Shown here in pieces: positions 10,070-22,400 of a stretch of 64,000 nucleotides of DNA. Within the stretch, counting starts at the first letter, position 1. Each line of letters begins with the position of its first letter. Where the stretch lies: NCBI GenBank assembly GCA_026396875.1, contig JAPLVY010000004.1, positions 83,163-147,162 of the forward strand, in the 5' to 3' direction. The notes under the pieces were generated by a model that made no database searches, was not told where the DNA came from, and worked only from the letters and a program-made list of their open reading frames with translations. This DNA comes from Candidatus Falkowbacteria bacterium (GTDB lineage Bacteria > Patescibacteriota > Patescibacteriia > Patescibacteriales > UBA12465). The position numbers and the translations under genes are program-made.

Positions 10070-11140
10070 ATGTCTAAAGACTATTACAATACTTTAGGTG
10101 TCTCAAAGGGCGCCTCTGCGGATGAAATTAAAACGGCTTTTCGCAAGAAAGCTCATCAGCATCACCCAGACAAGGGCGGCGACGCTGAAAAATTTAAAGA
10201 GCTCAATGAAGCGTATCAGGTACTGAGCAACCCAGAAAAGCGCCAGCAGTATGATCAGTTCGGTTCCGATTTTCAAAACGGTCAAGCTGGTGGATACGGC
10301 GGTTTTGGTGGTCAAGGTTTCGGCGGCGGCATGAATATCAATATGGATGATCTGGGTGATTTATTCGGTGGTTTTGGTGACATTTTTGGCGGCTTCGGCG
10401 GTGGGCGCTCGCATCGCGCTTCAAAAGGTCAGGATCTAATTCTCGATATCAAAATTGATTTCAAGGAAGCGGCGTTCGGCGTTGAAAAAGAAATATCCTA
10501 TCCACGAGTTGGCGCTTGTCCTTCTTGCCAAGGAAGCGGCGCAGCTACCGGCACAAAAGTTAATACTTGCAAGACCTGCAATGGCAATGGTCGCGTCAAT
10601 AGAATGCAACGAACTATTTTGGGAAACATTCAAACTCAAACCGCTTGTCCCGATTGTCATGGTGAAGGAAAAATTCCAGAAAAGAAATGTGCTAATTGTC
10701 AGGGGACCGGCAGAGCGCGAGTGGATGAAAAATTTACCGTCAAAATTCCCGCAGGAATTGATAGTGGGGAATCAATCAGAATTGCTGGACGTGGTGAGGT
10801 TAGCGAAAAGGGAATCCCGGCCGGAGATTTGTTGGTCAGGGTAAAGATTACTCCTCACAAAAAACTAGTTCGTGAAGGCGATGATGTGAGAAGTGTCGAA
10901 ACCATTGATGTGAGAACGGCAATTCTCGGTGGTAAATTAGAACTAGAAACTCTTGATGGTACTTATAATTTAAAAATTCCAGAAGGCACTCAGCCAAACA
11001 CCGTTTTCCGTTTGAAAGAAAGGGGAATAACTCGTCTGCGCGGTCGTGGCCGAGGCGATCATTTTGTGGAAGTAAAAGTAGAAATTCCCAAAACCATCAG
11101 CCGCCAAACCAAGAAAGCCCTGGAGGGGCTAATCCTTTAG
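10070..11140 (+). CDS. dnaJ: Chaperone DnaJ
   Basis: J domain with HPD, G/F-rich linker and four CxxCxGxG repeats. Confidence 0.98.
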   Translation: MSKDYYNTLGVSKGASADEIKTAFRKKAHQHHPDKGGDAEKFKELNEAYQVLSNPEKRQQYDQFGSDFQNGQAGGYGGFGGQGFGGGMNINMDDLGDLFGGFGDIFGGFGGGRSHRASKGQDLILDIKIDFKEAAFGVEKEISYPRVGACPSCQGSGAATGTKVNTCKTCNGNGRVNRMQRTILGNIQTQTACPDCHGEGKIPEKKCANCQGTGRARVDEKFTVKIPAGIDSGESIRIAGRGEVSEKGIPAGDLLVRVKITPHKKLVREGDDVRSVETIDVRTAILGGKLELETLDGTYNLKIPEGTQPNTVFRLKERGITRLRGRGRGDHFVEVKVEIPKTISRQTKKALEGLIL

Positions 11141-11153
11141 TAAATTTAAAAAG

Positions 11154-11244
11154 TATTTTATTATTTTATTTATCAATGTTTTTTCGTAGGCAAAAATATA
11201 TTTTTTGTCCCAGAAAAAGACCTGATAAATAAAATAATAAAATA
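11154..11244. repeat. 22-bp perfect inverted repeat (long hairpin) between dnaJ and tatD
   Basis: TATTTTATTATTTTATTTATCA (11154-11175) / TGATAAATAAAATAATAAAATA (11223-11244). Confidence 0.85.
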
Positions 11245-11253
11245 TCTTTGTCT

Positions 11254-12108
11254 ATGCAATTCTTCGATACTCACGCCCATGTTAACTTTAAAGACTTCAA
11301 GGATGATGCCGATGAAGTGATTCGTCGCGCTCTAGATAATAATACCTGGATGGTTTTAGTTGGTGCGGAATACAAAACTTCTAATCGTTCTTTGGCTTAT
11401 GCCAATAAATATGAAAGCGGCGTTTATGCGGCGGTTGGTCTTCATCCGACTCACCTCGAAGAAGTTATTGCTCAAGATAGCGATGATCGCGGCGCCACGC
11501 AATTTATCACCCGCGGCGAAGAATTTAATTATGATAGTTATGAAAAGTTAGCTAACTTTGAGAAAGTAGTCGCGATTGGCGAAATTGGCTTGGATTATTA
11601 TCATTTGGACCTTTCTGGTGACATGGTAGCGGCCAAGAGTAAACAGAAGAAAGTTCTTCTTGAACAATTGAAACTAGCCAGGTCATTGGATCTCCCGGTG
11701 ATCATCCATTGTCGGCAAGCTCATGATGACTTATTTCCACTCTTGCAAGAATTCAAGAAAGAAAATCGTCATTCCATTTCCCCTGATAGACCATGGGGAG
11801 TTATTCATTGTTACTCTGGGGATGAAAACATGGCTTGGGAATACTTCAAGCTCGGGCTCATGATTTCTTTTACGGGGCTAATAACTTTCAGTAAAATGTG
11901 GGATGACCTGATTCGCAAGATTCCTTTGGAGAAAATTATGATCGAAACGGATTGTCCTTATATGACCCCAGAGCCCTACCGTGGTCAAAGAAACGAACCT
12001 CTGCTGGTACAATATGTCGCCGGAAGAATTGCTGAGATTAAGGGTGTAAAGCTAGAAAGAGTGGCAGAAGTAACCACGGATAATGCCAAAAAATTCTTTG
12101 GAATCTAG
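11254..12108 (+). CDS. tatD: TatD-family DNase
   Basis: DTHAH, GLHP, GEIGLDY, IHCR, IHCYSG and ETDCPY motifs. Confidence 0.95.
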   Translation: MQFFDTHAHVNFKDFKDDADEVIRRALDNNTWMVLVGAEYKTSNRSLAYANKYESGVYAAVGLHPTHLEEVIAQDSDDRGATQFITRGEEFNYDSYEKLANFEKVVAIGEIGLDYYHLDLSGDMVAAKSKQKKVLLEQLKLARSLDLPVIIHCRQAHDDLFPLLQEFKKENRHSISPDRPWGVIHCYSGDENMAWEYFKLGLMISFTGLITFSKMWDDLIRKIPLEKIMIETDCPYMTPEPYRGQRNEPLLVQYVAGRIAEIKGVKLERVAEVTTDNAKKFFGI

Positions 12109-12313
12109 GTTTTGCGGTCTTTTTCGTAATGTAATCAGTTTATTGTCAAATATTGGAGTCGTTATCTTTATGGTAGCGACTTTTTGGTTTTTAAGGATGA
12201 TAAAAATGCTGCTCCTCGGTTGACTTAGCCAGTATTTTGCGCTATAAATTAGTTAGGAACGTTAAATTTTTGTTGGTAAAGGGGGTTTTATCGCCTTTTT
12301 TATTTTTGCCATT

Positions 12314-12583
12314 ATGCCAAACGATGATGGGAAGAAGCCAAATCAAGCTTGGTCAATCGCCGCCAGAACTATGGGCGTGGCTTCGGCTTGGATAGTTGGC
12401 CCAGTTCTAATCGGCCTCTTGATTGGCAAATGGTTGGACCAAAAATATTCTACCGGCCCACTGTTAATGGTTATTTCTCTGGCCGCTTGTTTCCTGATTT
12501 CCATGTTTGGTATTGTGCGCGGCGCTTTGAAGGAATTCAAAAAAATAGAGGCCGCAGAAAAAGAAGAAAAAGAAAAAATGTAA
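12314..12583 (+). CDS. AtpZ/AtpI-family ATP synthase accessory membrane protein
   Basis: Two TM helices with GxxLD motif; first gene of the atp operon. Confidence 0.8.
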   Translation: MPNDDGKKPNQAWSIAARTMGVASAWIVGPVLIGLLIGKWLDQKYSTGPLLMVISLAACFLISMFGIVRGALKEFKKIEAAEKEEKEKM

Positions 12584-12586
12584 TTT

Positions 12587-13405
12587 ATGGCAGTAGAACA
12601 AGAGATCTTACACGAAAATACTTTATTTGCTGAACCGATTTTTCACATCGGCTCTTTTACGGTTAGCAATTCTTTATTGAATTCCTGGCTAGTGGTAGTC
12701 GTGGTTTTAATTATCGGCTTAGCGATTCGCAAGAAGGTAAAGCTTGTTCCTCGTGGCGTGCAAAATGCTTTGGAAATTGTTTTTGAGGCTTTTTTGGGAA
12801 TTTTTGATGGCGTTACTGGCGACAGGAAACGTTCTTTGAAGTTTGCTCCGCTCGTTCTGGCTTTCTTCTTCTTTATCCTTCTTAATAATTGGCTCGGCCT
12901 ACTTCCCGGCGTCGGTTCGATTGGCCAGGTAATTAGTGAAAATGGCGAACTAATTTTTGTCCCATACTTCAGAGGAGCTACCGCCGATTTGAATACCACC
13001 CTCGCTCTTGCCACTATTGGTGTGGTTTTGAGCCATATTTTTGGCGTTATGGCTGTTGGCGGCTGGAATTACCTGAATAAATTCATTAATATCAAAGCTT
13101 TTTTGGAAATTCCCAAGAAGATCAAAAAAGATCCGACCATTCTCTTGGTTAATCCAATTAAAGCCTTTGTTGGTTTAATTGAAATTATTGGTGAATTAGC
13201 GAAGATTGCCAGTTTGTCCTTTCGTCTTTTCGGTAATATTTTTGCCGGTGAAGTTTTGCTTGCAGCAATGTCCGCCATTTTGGCTTTTGGTATCCCGATT
13301 CCGTTTATGTTTCTGGAAGTTATTGTTGGTCTAATCCAAGCTCTGATTTTTGCCATGTTAATTCTGACCTATCTGACTATTGCCACTTCTCAGGAAGAAC
13401 ACTAA
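12587..13405 (+). CDS. atpB: ATP synthase Fo subunit a
   Basis: NWLGLLPG, TADLNTTLALA, SLSFRLFGNIFAGE and IQALIF motifs. Confidence 0.97.
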   Translation: MAVEQEILHENTLFAEPIFHIGSFTVSNSLLNSWLVVVVVLIIGLAIRKKVKLVPRGVQNALEIVFEAFLGIFDGVTGDRKRSLKFAPLVLAFFFFILLNNWLGLLPGVGSIGQVISENGELIFVPYFRGATADLNTTLALATIGVVLSHIFGVMAVGGWNYLNKFINIKAFLEIPKKIKKDPTILLVNPIKAFVGLIEIIGELAKIASLSFRLFGNIFAGEVLLAAMSAILAFGIPIPFMFLEVIVGLIQALIFAMLILTYLTIATSQEEH

Positions 13406-13451
13406 GATTAATTTTTAATTATATAAAGAATTAAGTAATTCAGTCTGCTAA

Positions 13452-13703
<252 letters not shown>

Positions 13704-13766
13704 TAATTTGGTTTTCTGAGCCGAACTTAAACCTCGGTTCAGCTATTAGTTTATTATTACAAAAAT

Positions 13767-14255
13767 ATGGAATCATTAGTTTCTACTTTTCACCTAGATT
13801 TAAAATTATTCATTGCCCAGGCGATCAATTTTGCGATTGTTCTGGCGGTGCTTTATTATTTTGCTTTCAAACCGATTGCTAAGGTAATGGAGGAGAGAAG
13901 CCAAAAAATCGAAAAGAGCCTGGATGACGCCAAAGCCATTGAGGCCAAGTTAAGCGACGCCGAAACTGAAAAGAAAGAAATAATCACCGAAGCAAAAAAG
14001 GCGGCTACCGAAATTTTAGAAAAAGCTAATGAGCAAGGAGAATTACGTCAGAAAGAAATGGTTGCCAAGGCCAGGGAAGATATCGGCCAAATCATTAACG
14101 CTGAAAAAGCAAAAATGCAGGTAGAAAAAGCGGAAACTCTCAAGGCTCTGAAAGCAGAAACTGCAGAACTGGTGGTTTTGACTGTTGAAAAATTATTGAA
14201 AGAAAAGATGAATAGTGAAAAGGATCAGGAGTTAATCAAAAAACTGGTTAAATAA
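13767..14255 (+). CDS. atpF: ATP synthase Fo subunit b
   Basis: QAINF N-terminal TM, KPI...ER, long charged coiled coil. Confidence 0.95.
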   Translation: MESLVSTFHLDLKLFIAQAINFAIVLAVLYYFAFKPIAKVMEERSQKIEKSLDDAKAIEAKLSDAETEKKEIITEAKKAATEILEKANEQGELRQKEMVAKAREDIGQIINAEKAKMQVEKAETLKALKAETAELVVLTVEKLLKEKMNSEKDQELIKKLVK

Positions 14256-14260
14256 GAGAT

Positions 14261-14662
14261 ATGAAAATCAGTCCCAAACAATACGCAAGAGGTTTATATG
14301 ACTCTCTTCTTGGCAAATCCGATTCGGAGGTCAAGGAGGTTTTGCATACTTTTGTGAGTATTTTGGGAAGAGACAGAGTACTAAGTCGTGAAAAAGAAAT
14401 TACCGCCGCTTTTGTAGAAATCTGGAATTCTGAAAATGGAGAAATGGCTGCCTCAATCACTAGCGCTCATGAATTGGCCGGTGATTCTCGTGAAGCCGTG
14501 GTCAGTTATCTGAAAAACCGCACGGGCGCCAAAAGTGTTATTCTCACTGAAAATGTTGATAAGAATTTACTCGGCGGTTTCGTTTTAAAATATGAAAGTA
14601 AAGTTCTGGATGGTAGCTTGAAGACGAATTTGGCTGACTTGAAAGCGAGCATGGAGAAATAA
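14261..14662 (+). CDS. atpH: ATP synthase F1 subunit delta (short)
   Basis: YARGLY...VDKNLLGGFVL...DGSL; operon position. Confidence 0.9.
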   Translation: MKISPKQYARGLYDSLLGKSDSEVKEVLHTFVSILGRDRVLSREKEITAAFVEIWNSENGEMAASITSAHELAGDSREAVVSYLKNRTGAKSVILTENVDKNLLGGFVLKYESKVLDGSLKTNLADLKASMEK

Positions 14663-14712
14663 TTATTTTTCAATAAATTTATTTAAAATAGTTTTTATTA
14701 CTAATAACCAAT

Positions 14713-16233
14713 ATGTCAACTAAAGACTTTATCATTGAACAACTGAAGACGGAGATATCCGGATTTAAAGCTGAAATTAGTGAAAAATCAGTCGGACGGG
14801 TTTTGAAGATTTCCGACGGTATTGCTCTTGTTTCTGGTTTGTCAGAAGCAATGATGTCAGAAATTTTAACCTTCAAAACTGCTCATGGTGATGTCGCTGG
14901 AGTGGCCTTAAATCTAGAAGAAAATTTGGTTGGCGCCATTATTTTGGGCGAATTTACTGCGATTAAAGAAGGTGATGAAGTTTTAGCCACCAAGCGCATT
15001 TTGGAAGTACCAGTCGGCGAGGCGATGGTTGGCCGCGTGGTTAACCCACTTGGTGAACCAATTGATGGTAAGGGTAAAATTGAGGCTAGTAAATTCTATC
15101 CAGTAGAAAAAATTGCTCCTGGTGTTATTACTCGCGCTTCAGTCAACCAACCAGTGCAAACTGGTATCAAATCTATTGATGCGATGATTCCGATCGGCCG
15201 CGGCCAACGCGAACTAATTATTGGTGACCGTCAGTTAGGAAAAACTGCCATTGCTATTGATACTATTATTAATCAGAAAGGGCAGAACATGAAATGTGTT
15301 TATGTTGCCATTGGTCAGAAGGAATCCAAGGTTGCCGGCATCGTTGCCAAACTTGAAGAAGCCGGTGCGATGGCTTACACCACAATCGTTTTGGCTGGCG
15401 CCTCCTCTCCAGCATCGTTACTTTACATTGCTCCTTATGCTGGCTGCGCGATGGCGGAATATTTTCTTGATAAAGGAGAAGATGTTTTGATTGTCTATGA
15501 TGATTTATCCAAGCACGCAGTTTCATATCGTGAAATTTCTTTATTACTTCGCCGTCCACCAGGTCGTGAAGCTTATCCTGGCGATGTTTTTTATCTCCAT
15601 TCCCGTTTACTAGAACGTGCTTGTAAATTAAATGCCGATTTTGGTGGTGGTTCAATTACTGCCTTGCCAATTATCGAGACCCAAGCTGGTGATCTTTCTG
15701 CTTATATTCCAACCAATGTTATTTCTATTACTGATGGTCAGATTTTCTTGGAGCCAGAGCTATTTTATAAAGGCAATCGTCCGGCAGTGAATGCTGGTTT
15801 ATCAGTTTCTCGCGTCGGTTCTTCTGCTCAGATTAAGGCGATGAAGAAGGTAGCCGGAAAAATGCGTTTAGAGGCTGCTCAGTATCGCGAACTTGCTGGT
15901 TTTGCTCAATTTGGTTCTGATTTGGATGAAGATACTCGCAGAAAACTAGAACGCGGCCAGAGATTATACGAAATCTTTAAGCAAGACCAGTATCAACCGC
16001 TATCAGTCGCCAAACAAGTTTTGATTTATTGGTCACTCTTGGGTGGTCACTTGGACAATGTCCCGGTTGAAGATATCAGAAAATTTGAAGAAGGTTTATA
16101 CAAATACGCCGACACAAATAACGAAGTTCTGAAGTTAATTGCTGAAAAGAAAGAGTTGAGCGAAGAAATTGAAGCAAAGATGAAATCCCTAGTTGAAGAC
16201 TACAAGGGCACGGTCGATTATTTATTAAAGTAA
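14713..16233 (+). CDS. atpA: ATP synthase F1 subunit alpha
   Basis: [39 protein letters not shown]. Confidence 0.99.
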   Translation: MSTKDFIIEQLKTEISGFKAEISEKSVGRVLKISDGIALVSGLSEAMMSEILTFKTAHGDVAGVALNLEENLVGAIILGEFTAIKEGDEVLATKRILEVPVGEAMVGRVVNPLGEPIDGKGKIEASKFYPVEKIAPGVITRASVNQPVQTGIKSIDAMIPIGRGQRELIIGDRQLGKTAIAIDTIINQKGQNMKCVYVAIGQKESKVAGIVAKLEEAGAMAYTTIVLAGASSPASLLYIAPYAGCAMAEYFLDKGEDVLIVYDDLSKHAVSYREISLLLRRPPGREAYPGDVFYLHSRLLERACKLNADFGGGSITALPIIETQAGDLSAYIPTNVISITDGQIFLEPELFYKGNRPAVNAGLSVSRVGSSAQIKAMKKVAGKMRLEAAQYRELAGFAQFGSDLDEDTRRKLERGQRLYEIFKQDQYQPLSVAKQVLIYWSLLGGHLDNVPVEDIRKFEEGLYKYADTNNEVLKLIAEKKELSEEIEAKMKSLVEDYKGTVDYLLK

Positions 16234-16256
16234 AATCAGGAAGTTATATTGTAACG

Positions 16257-16359
16257 TGTTTGTGTGTAACTTTTTATCAATATTTTTTTGTAAAGATAAA
16301 ATTGATGTTAATCAATTTTAGCCCCAAAAAAAATCCTGATAAAAAGTTACACACAAACA
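16257..16359. repeat. 23-bp perfect inverted repeat with nested inner hairpin between atpA and atpG
   Basis: TGTTTGTGTGTAACTTTTTATCA (16257-16279) / TGATAAAAAGTTACACACAAACA (16337-16359); inner TAAAATTGAT-GTTA-ATCAATTTTA. Confidence 0.9.
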
Positions 16360-16365
16360 AAGTAT

Positions 16366-17316
16366 ATGGCAAAAACAAAAGAAATATCCCGTCGAATCAA
16401 ATCTGTTGCTAACACCAAAAAAATCACCAGAGCAATGGAAATGGTTGCTGCGGCCAAGATGAGAAAGGCCCTGGAAGCCGTTTTGAAGACTCGCACTTAT
16501 GCAAATTTAAGTTGGGAGACGGTTTTGCATTTGGCCAACTTGTCTCAAGCGCAGAGTGAACCGATTCATGAGCTTTTGTCTGCCAGAAAAGAGATTTCTC
16601 GCGTTGCGATTATTGTTATCACTTCAAACCGCGGCTTATGTGGTGGTTTTAATTCTTCTTTGGTTTCTAAAGTCAAAGAATCTATTGTTCGCCACCCCAT
16701 TCCTACTGACTTTATTTTGGTTGGTCGCAAGGCGTCTGCGCTTTATGGTCTGGCTAATACCGAGGTTGCTGCGGAATTTCCGAAAGAAGATATTCTTAGT
16801 AAAATTGCCGAAATTGCTCCAATCACCAAAATGGCAATTAATGATTATCTGAGCGGTAAGTATGATAAGGTCTTGGTTGCTTATACTGATTTTGTTAGCG
16901 CTAGTCGCCAAGTTTCGCGAGTTAAGCAGATTCTTCCAGTGGAGCTCGAAGAAGGAGAATATTTGGGTATTGCCAGTTCTGATCCGCGCATCGGTGTTAC
17001 CAAAGAAATGTTGGCCGAGAAAGAGAATAAACATCTAGCCGCTGATCAGGGTCACTATGAATTTATTTTTGAACCAAGTCCGAAAGAAGTATTGGACAAA
17101 ATTATCCCCAAATTATTAGAAGTTCAGTTATTTCAGGCATTTTTAGAATCGAACGCTTCTGAGCATAGCGCCAGAATGAGCGCGATGCATCAGGCGACCG
17201 AGGCAGCTAGTGATATGGTTGCCGAATTAACCCTATTTTATAATAAAGCTCGTCAGGCCGGTATCACTGCCGAAATTGCGGAAATCAGTGCTGGCGCTAA
17301 TGCGCTCGCAGAATAA
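16366..17316 (+). CDS. atpG: ATP synthase F1 subunit gamma
   Basis: KITRAMEMVAAAK, RGLCGGFN, SEHSARMSAM and RQAGITAEIAEI motifs. Confidence 0.98.
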   Translation: MAKTKEISRRIKSVANTKKITRAMEMVAAAKMRKALEAVLKTRTYANLSWETVLHLANLSQAQSEPIHELLSARKEISRVAIIVITSNRGLCGGFNSSLVSKVKESIVRHPIPTDFILVGRKASALYGLANTEVAAEFPKEDILSKIAEIAPITKMAINDYLSGKYDKVLVAYTDFVSASRQVSRVKQILPVELEEGEYLGIASSDPRIGVTKEMLAEKENKHLAADQGHYEFIFEPSPKEVLDKIIPKLLEVQLFQAFLESNASEHSARMSAMHQATEAASDMVAELTLFYNKARQAGITAEIAEISAGANALAE

Positions 17317-18735
<1,419 letters not shown>

Positions 18736-18738
18736 TTT

Positions 18739-19188
18739 ATGTCAGAAAATAAAAGCATAAAATTTGAAATTGCTACCCCGGAAAGAGTTCTTCTCAAAGA
18801 AGAAATAGTTTCGGTTAGTGTCCCAACCGCGAGCGGGGAAGTAACTATTTTGCCCGATCACATTCCAATGGTTTCCATTCTCAAACCGGGAGTTTTGGAA
18901 ATTCGTCTTTTAAGCGGTGAGACTTCTTTGGTGGCAGTTTCCGGCGGATTCTTGGAAGTTTTGAAAAATAAGATTGTTATTCTCGCCGATACAGCTGAGA
19001 AAGCGGAAGAGCTCGACGAACAGAGGATTATTGATGCCAGGAATAAAGCTCAGGAAATGCGCCAGAGTGAACAATTTAAAGATGATGTGGAATTTGCTGA
19101 TTTGGCCGTTCGCTTAGAGAAGGAATTGGCTCGTGAGCACGCTTTGAATAAATGGCGTAAATTAAAGAACATAAATAAAAACAACTAA
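18739..19188 (+). CDS. atpC: ATP synthase F1 subunit epsilon
   Basis: TPERV, GEVTILPDHIP and VSGGFLEV motifs. Confidence 0.96.
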   Translation: MSENKSIKFEIATPERVLLKEEIVSVSVPTASGEVTILPDHIPMVSILKPGVLEIRLLSGETSLVAVSGGFLEVLKNKIVILADTAEKAEELDEQRIIDARNKAQEMRQSEQFKDDVEFADLAVRLEKELAREHALNKWRKLKNINKNN

Positions 19189-19203
19189 ATAAACATAACA
19201 ACG

Positions 19204-19998
19204 ATGAGTAATTTTGAAAACGGGCACGACAATGCCCAAGAAAACATGAATCTTGGCTGGGATGCATCTCGCCATAATCAGGTAGTTGAGCGTTTGCTAA
19301 AAGGAGAAAACGTTCAATCAATCCTCGAAAGCCTTCCAGGTTTTTCTGAATCTTTTGATCATCCACTAGATACAATTGACTGTTCTGATGGACGTGTTTT
19401 AGACGGCAGAAAAATCGGTATTGCCGGTAGCGGTATGCTTCTTTCAGAAAAAGAGCGTGACTTATTTATTCAGAACTATCGCGGGAAGATAAAAAAGTTA
19501 ACCACTCATCGCGATTGCGGTGCTGCGGGGATTGCTTTTAGATCGCTCGGTGAAGGGGAAATTCCCGAAGGTATTTCTTCTGCTGATGAATACGGCACTT
19601 ATCAAGGAAAGAAACTAGCTGAAGCCTTGGGGGCAGAACATGAATTCATCGAAAAATTAGCTAATGATTATCACAATGAAGTGGCGATTGTCCTGGATTC
19701 TACTGGAACCTTTGATTCGACCAGTATTGCTGATTTTCCAGCTCATTTTGTTTGCTCTGGTGCAGGGCTTGGTTTTTCGGAAGAATATATGAAGACCGAA
19801 TTAAAAACTTTAGCCGGCATTGCTTTGGGTAGCCATGGTTTTGGACAACGATTTACTGAGGAAAATCCTCTGTATATCATTGTGACTGCTAATAGCAACG
19901 TCGAAGGTCTTTTCTGGAAAACAATTGCCGAAGTAGCGCTTGCCGATTTCTCAGGGAAGGTAGCCATAAAAAGCTTTGTTCGACCCCAGATTTCATAA
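19204..19998 (+). CDS. Hypothetical protein with beta-carbonic-anhydrase-like Zn ligands
   Basis: CSDGR (CxDxR) and HRDCGAA (HxxC) motifs. Confidence 0.55.
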   Translation: MSNFENGHDNAQENMNLGWDASRHNQVVERLLKGENVQSILESLPGFSESFDHPLDTIDCSDGRVLDGRKIGIAGSGMLLSEKERDLFIQNYRGKIKKLTTHRDCGAAGIAFRSLGEGEIPEGISSADEYGTYQGKKLAEALGAEHEFIEKLANDYHNEVAIVLDSTGTFDSTSIADFPAHFVCSGAGLGFSEEYMKTELKTLAGIALGSHGFGQRFTEENPLYIIVTANSNVEGLFWKTIAEVALADFSGKVAIKSFVRPQIS

Positions 19999-20074
19999 GA
20001 TTTGAGTAAACAAAAAAAGCCTCTGAAAAAATCAGGGGCTCTTTTAATATTAAGAAGTAAATCAGGTTTTTCTA

Positions 20075-20860
20075 TTAGAGCAGACTTATTAGCACTAATG
20101 CGCCAATAATTATTCGGTACCAGCCAAAAGCCTTAAAATCGTTTTTCTGAATGTATTTGATGAAGAACTTAATTCCAGCCATCGCGGTCACAAAAGCCGC
20201 TATCAGGCCGACCAGGAGCACTCCTAGGTGATCGCCATTGATACTGCCTGGATTCTTGTAGATATCCAAGACGGTTGCCGCCAACATTGTTGGGATTGCT
20301 AACAAGAACGAGAATTCCACAATTGTTTTGCGCTTAATCCCCATGCCAAGACCGCCAACAATCGTTGCCGCGGAACGGGAAACGCCAGGAATCATGGCTA
20401 CCGATTGAGCAACACCAAGCATTGCTGCCTGGCGGTAGCTAATATTTTCTAATTCTAGCACTTGCTCATTTTCGGCGCTTTTATTTTTTTTGGCGTACCA
20501 CTTTTCAAAAATTATTAATAAAATTCCGCCAATAAATAGAGCCAAACCGATGACCAGCAAACTTTCCATGAAAAAGTTCTTGATGATTTTATACAGGATT
20601 AAACCGATAATTGCTGTGGGAACGAAGGCGGCTGCCAATTTCCAGACGATGGAAAGGTTTTGCCAAATCCGCCTCCAATAGAGAACAACAACCGCCGCAA
20701 TGGCACCCAGTTGAATAGAAATTTCAAAAGTTTTCAAGAATTCGCTACTCGGTATGGCTAGTAATTTGCTAGCAATAATCAGGTGAGCGGTAGAAGAAAT
20801 TGGCAGAAATTCGCTTAATCCTTCCACAATTCCTAGTATTAAAGATTGGATAATATTCAT
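20075..20860 (-). CDS. uppP: Undecaprenyl-diphosphate phosphatase
   Basis: EGLSEFLPISSTAH and PGVSRSAAT motifs. Confidence 0.97.
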   Translation of the reverse strand: MNIIQSLILGIVEGLSEFLPISSTAHLIIASKLLAIPSSEFLKTFEISIQLGAIAAVVVLYWRRIWQNLSIVWKLAAAFVPTAIIGLILYKIIKNFFMESLLVIGLALFIGGILLIIFEKWYAKKNKSAENEQVLELENISYRQAAMLGVAQSVAMIPGVSRSAATIVGGLGMGIKRKTIVEFSFLLAIPTMLAATVLDIYKNPGSINGDHLGVLLVGLIAAFVTAMAGIKFFIKYIQKNDFKAFGWYRIIIGALVLISLL

Positions 20861-20985
20861 ATATTTGTATTTATATCATCCATTCTACTATAAGCAGCAC
20901 TTTTAAGCCATTATTGACAAAAGTTTATTAGTATGATAATGTTTTCGAGTTAAATCAATCATTAGTAATTTAAAAATTTTATAAA

Positions 20986-21285
20986 ATGAATTTAATTCGT
21001 GTAATGTACACCCTAAAAATTGGGGATAAGAGATTTTTGAAACAGATCTTCGTGCAAGCGGTGCCGGTCAAAGGAACTAGCATCAAAATCGTAAACAGCT
21101 GCTTCGTTGTTGATGACGTTGAGCAGGACCTGGATGCGTATAGTGATTTACTTAATTTCGGCGATCAATCTTGTGAGTCGGTTAGAGCAAGTGTTGACCG
21201 GGGCTGTCATAGTGGGCAAGACTGCGACAGGATCATTGATGATTTATTAAAAAACGACTGGGGTGAGGCAAAAGAAAGGAAGTAG
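20986..21285 (+). CDS. Hypothetical protein
   Basis: 99-aa ORF divergent from uppP, TTGACA upstream; no recognised motif. Confidence 0.6.
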   Translation: MNLIRVMYTLKIGDKRFLKQIFVQAVPVKGTSIKIVNSCFVVDDVEQDLDAYSDLLNFGDQSCESVRASVDRGCHSGQDCDRIIDDLLKNDWGEAKERK

Positions 21286-21300
21286 TTATTTTATTTTTCT

Positions 21301-21798
21301 TTGATTCTCATGGGCTTAAAAATAGATCTGCCTCACGAAACAAGTCACCTCAAGTTAATGGGGTCTTTGTATTTTGATCCATCGGGAAAAAATAAATTTC
21401 TGTTTATTCCCGCCGACAAGGCTAGCAAATCTATTGTTCCCCGGGGAATGAAAGGGCTAGCCATGATTTATGAAATTACCGAAGAAAAGAAATATCGAGA
21501 TTTATTATTTTCTTTGCGAGCTGGTCTGGAACAATTATTTTTTAATGAAGAAAATGTTTTGGGTCCTTGCGTTTTGGATAGCAAAATTCTTCCGATTTAC
21601 AAAAAAGGCGACCGAATGCTTTTTCTTTTCAAACGGAAAGATGAGAAGAGTTATTCGGTTGTTAGTGCGAAAAAAACTTATTGTCGAGAATTACTAGAAA
21701 TTGCTGGCTGTCCTTACTGTATTAAGTTAGGTAGTCACCATCTCGACAACCAAGAAATCCTAAATCCCAGGAAAAACCTATTGGCCTTTCCTTTCTAA
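21301..21798 (+). CDS. Hypothetical protein
   Basis: ORF followed by a terminator hairpin (~21800-21830); start uncertain. Confidence 0.6.
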   Translation: MILMGLKIDLPHETSHLKLMGSLYFDPSGKNKFLFIPADKASKSIVPRGMKGLAMIYEITEEKKYRDLLFSLRAGLEQLFFNEENVLGPCVLDSKILPIYKKGDRMLFLFKRKDEKSYSVVSAKKTYCRELLEIAGCPYCIKLGSHHLDNQEILNPRKNLLAFPF

Positions 21799-21892
21799 CA
21801 AAAAACAGCTAAACCAAGAGCTGTTTTTTTCTTTATCTTTTTTCGCCAAAACTATCTTTTTTTGTTATAATACTTATACTATTTTCAACTAT

Positions 21893-22399
21893 ATGCAAAA
21901 AGTAAAAAAATCAGTTAAATCTTCAAAAAAGCCAATTATTGTGGCAGTTTCTGGATACTTTAATCCTCTTCATGTTGGTCATCTTGATATGATTGAGAAA
22001 GCAAAAAAGCTCGGCGATAAGTTGGTTGTAATCGTTAACAACGATAAGCAAGTCGCCCTCAAGGGACGAGTGCCTTTTATGTCCGAGAAAGATCGCCTAA
22101 GAATCATTCGGGCCCTGCGAGACGTCGATCAAGCTGTTTTGGCAGTAGACGACTATAAACTTGCTAGTGGTGAGGTCCCAGTAATCAAATCTTTGGCCAA
22201 ATTGCGACCGAATATTTTTGCCAACGGCGGTGATCGTCACAGTATTGTGAATGTTCCAGAATACGAAGTCTGCGAAAAATATCAGATCAAAATGGTTGAC
22301 GGCTTGGGTAAAAAAATCCGTGCCAGTTCGATAATGATCAGAGAGGCCGCTGAAAAAAGAGAAGCTCTTGAAAAGAAACTTCTAAAACCAAAAAAGTAA
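21893..22399 (+). CDS. Cytidylyltransferase-like (HIGH) nucleotidyltransferase, TagD/RfaE-C/FAD synthase type
   Basis: GYFNPLHVGH, FANGGDR and SS motifs. Confidence 0.88.
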   Translation: MQKVKKSVKSSKKPIIVAVSGYFNPLHVGHLDMIEKAKKLGDKLVVIVNNDKQVALKGRVPFMSEKDRLRIIRALRDVDQAVLAVDDYKLASGEVPVIKSLAKLRPNIFANGGDRHSIVNVPEYEVCEKYQIKMVDGLGKKIRASSIMIREAAEKREALEKKLLKPKK

Positions 22400-22400
22400 C

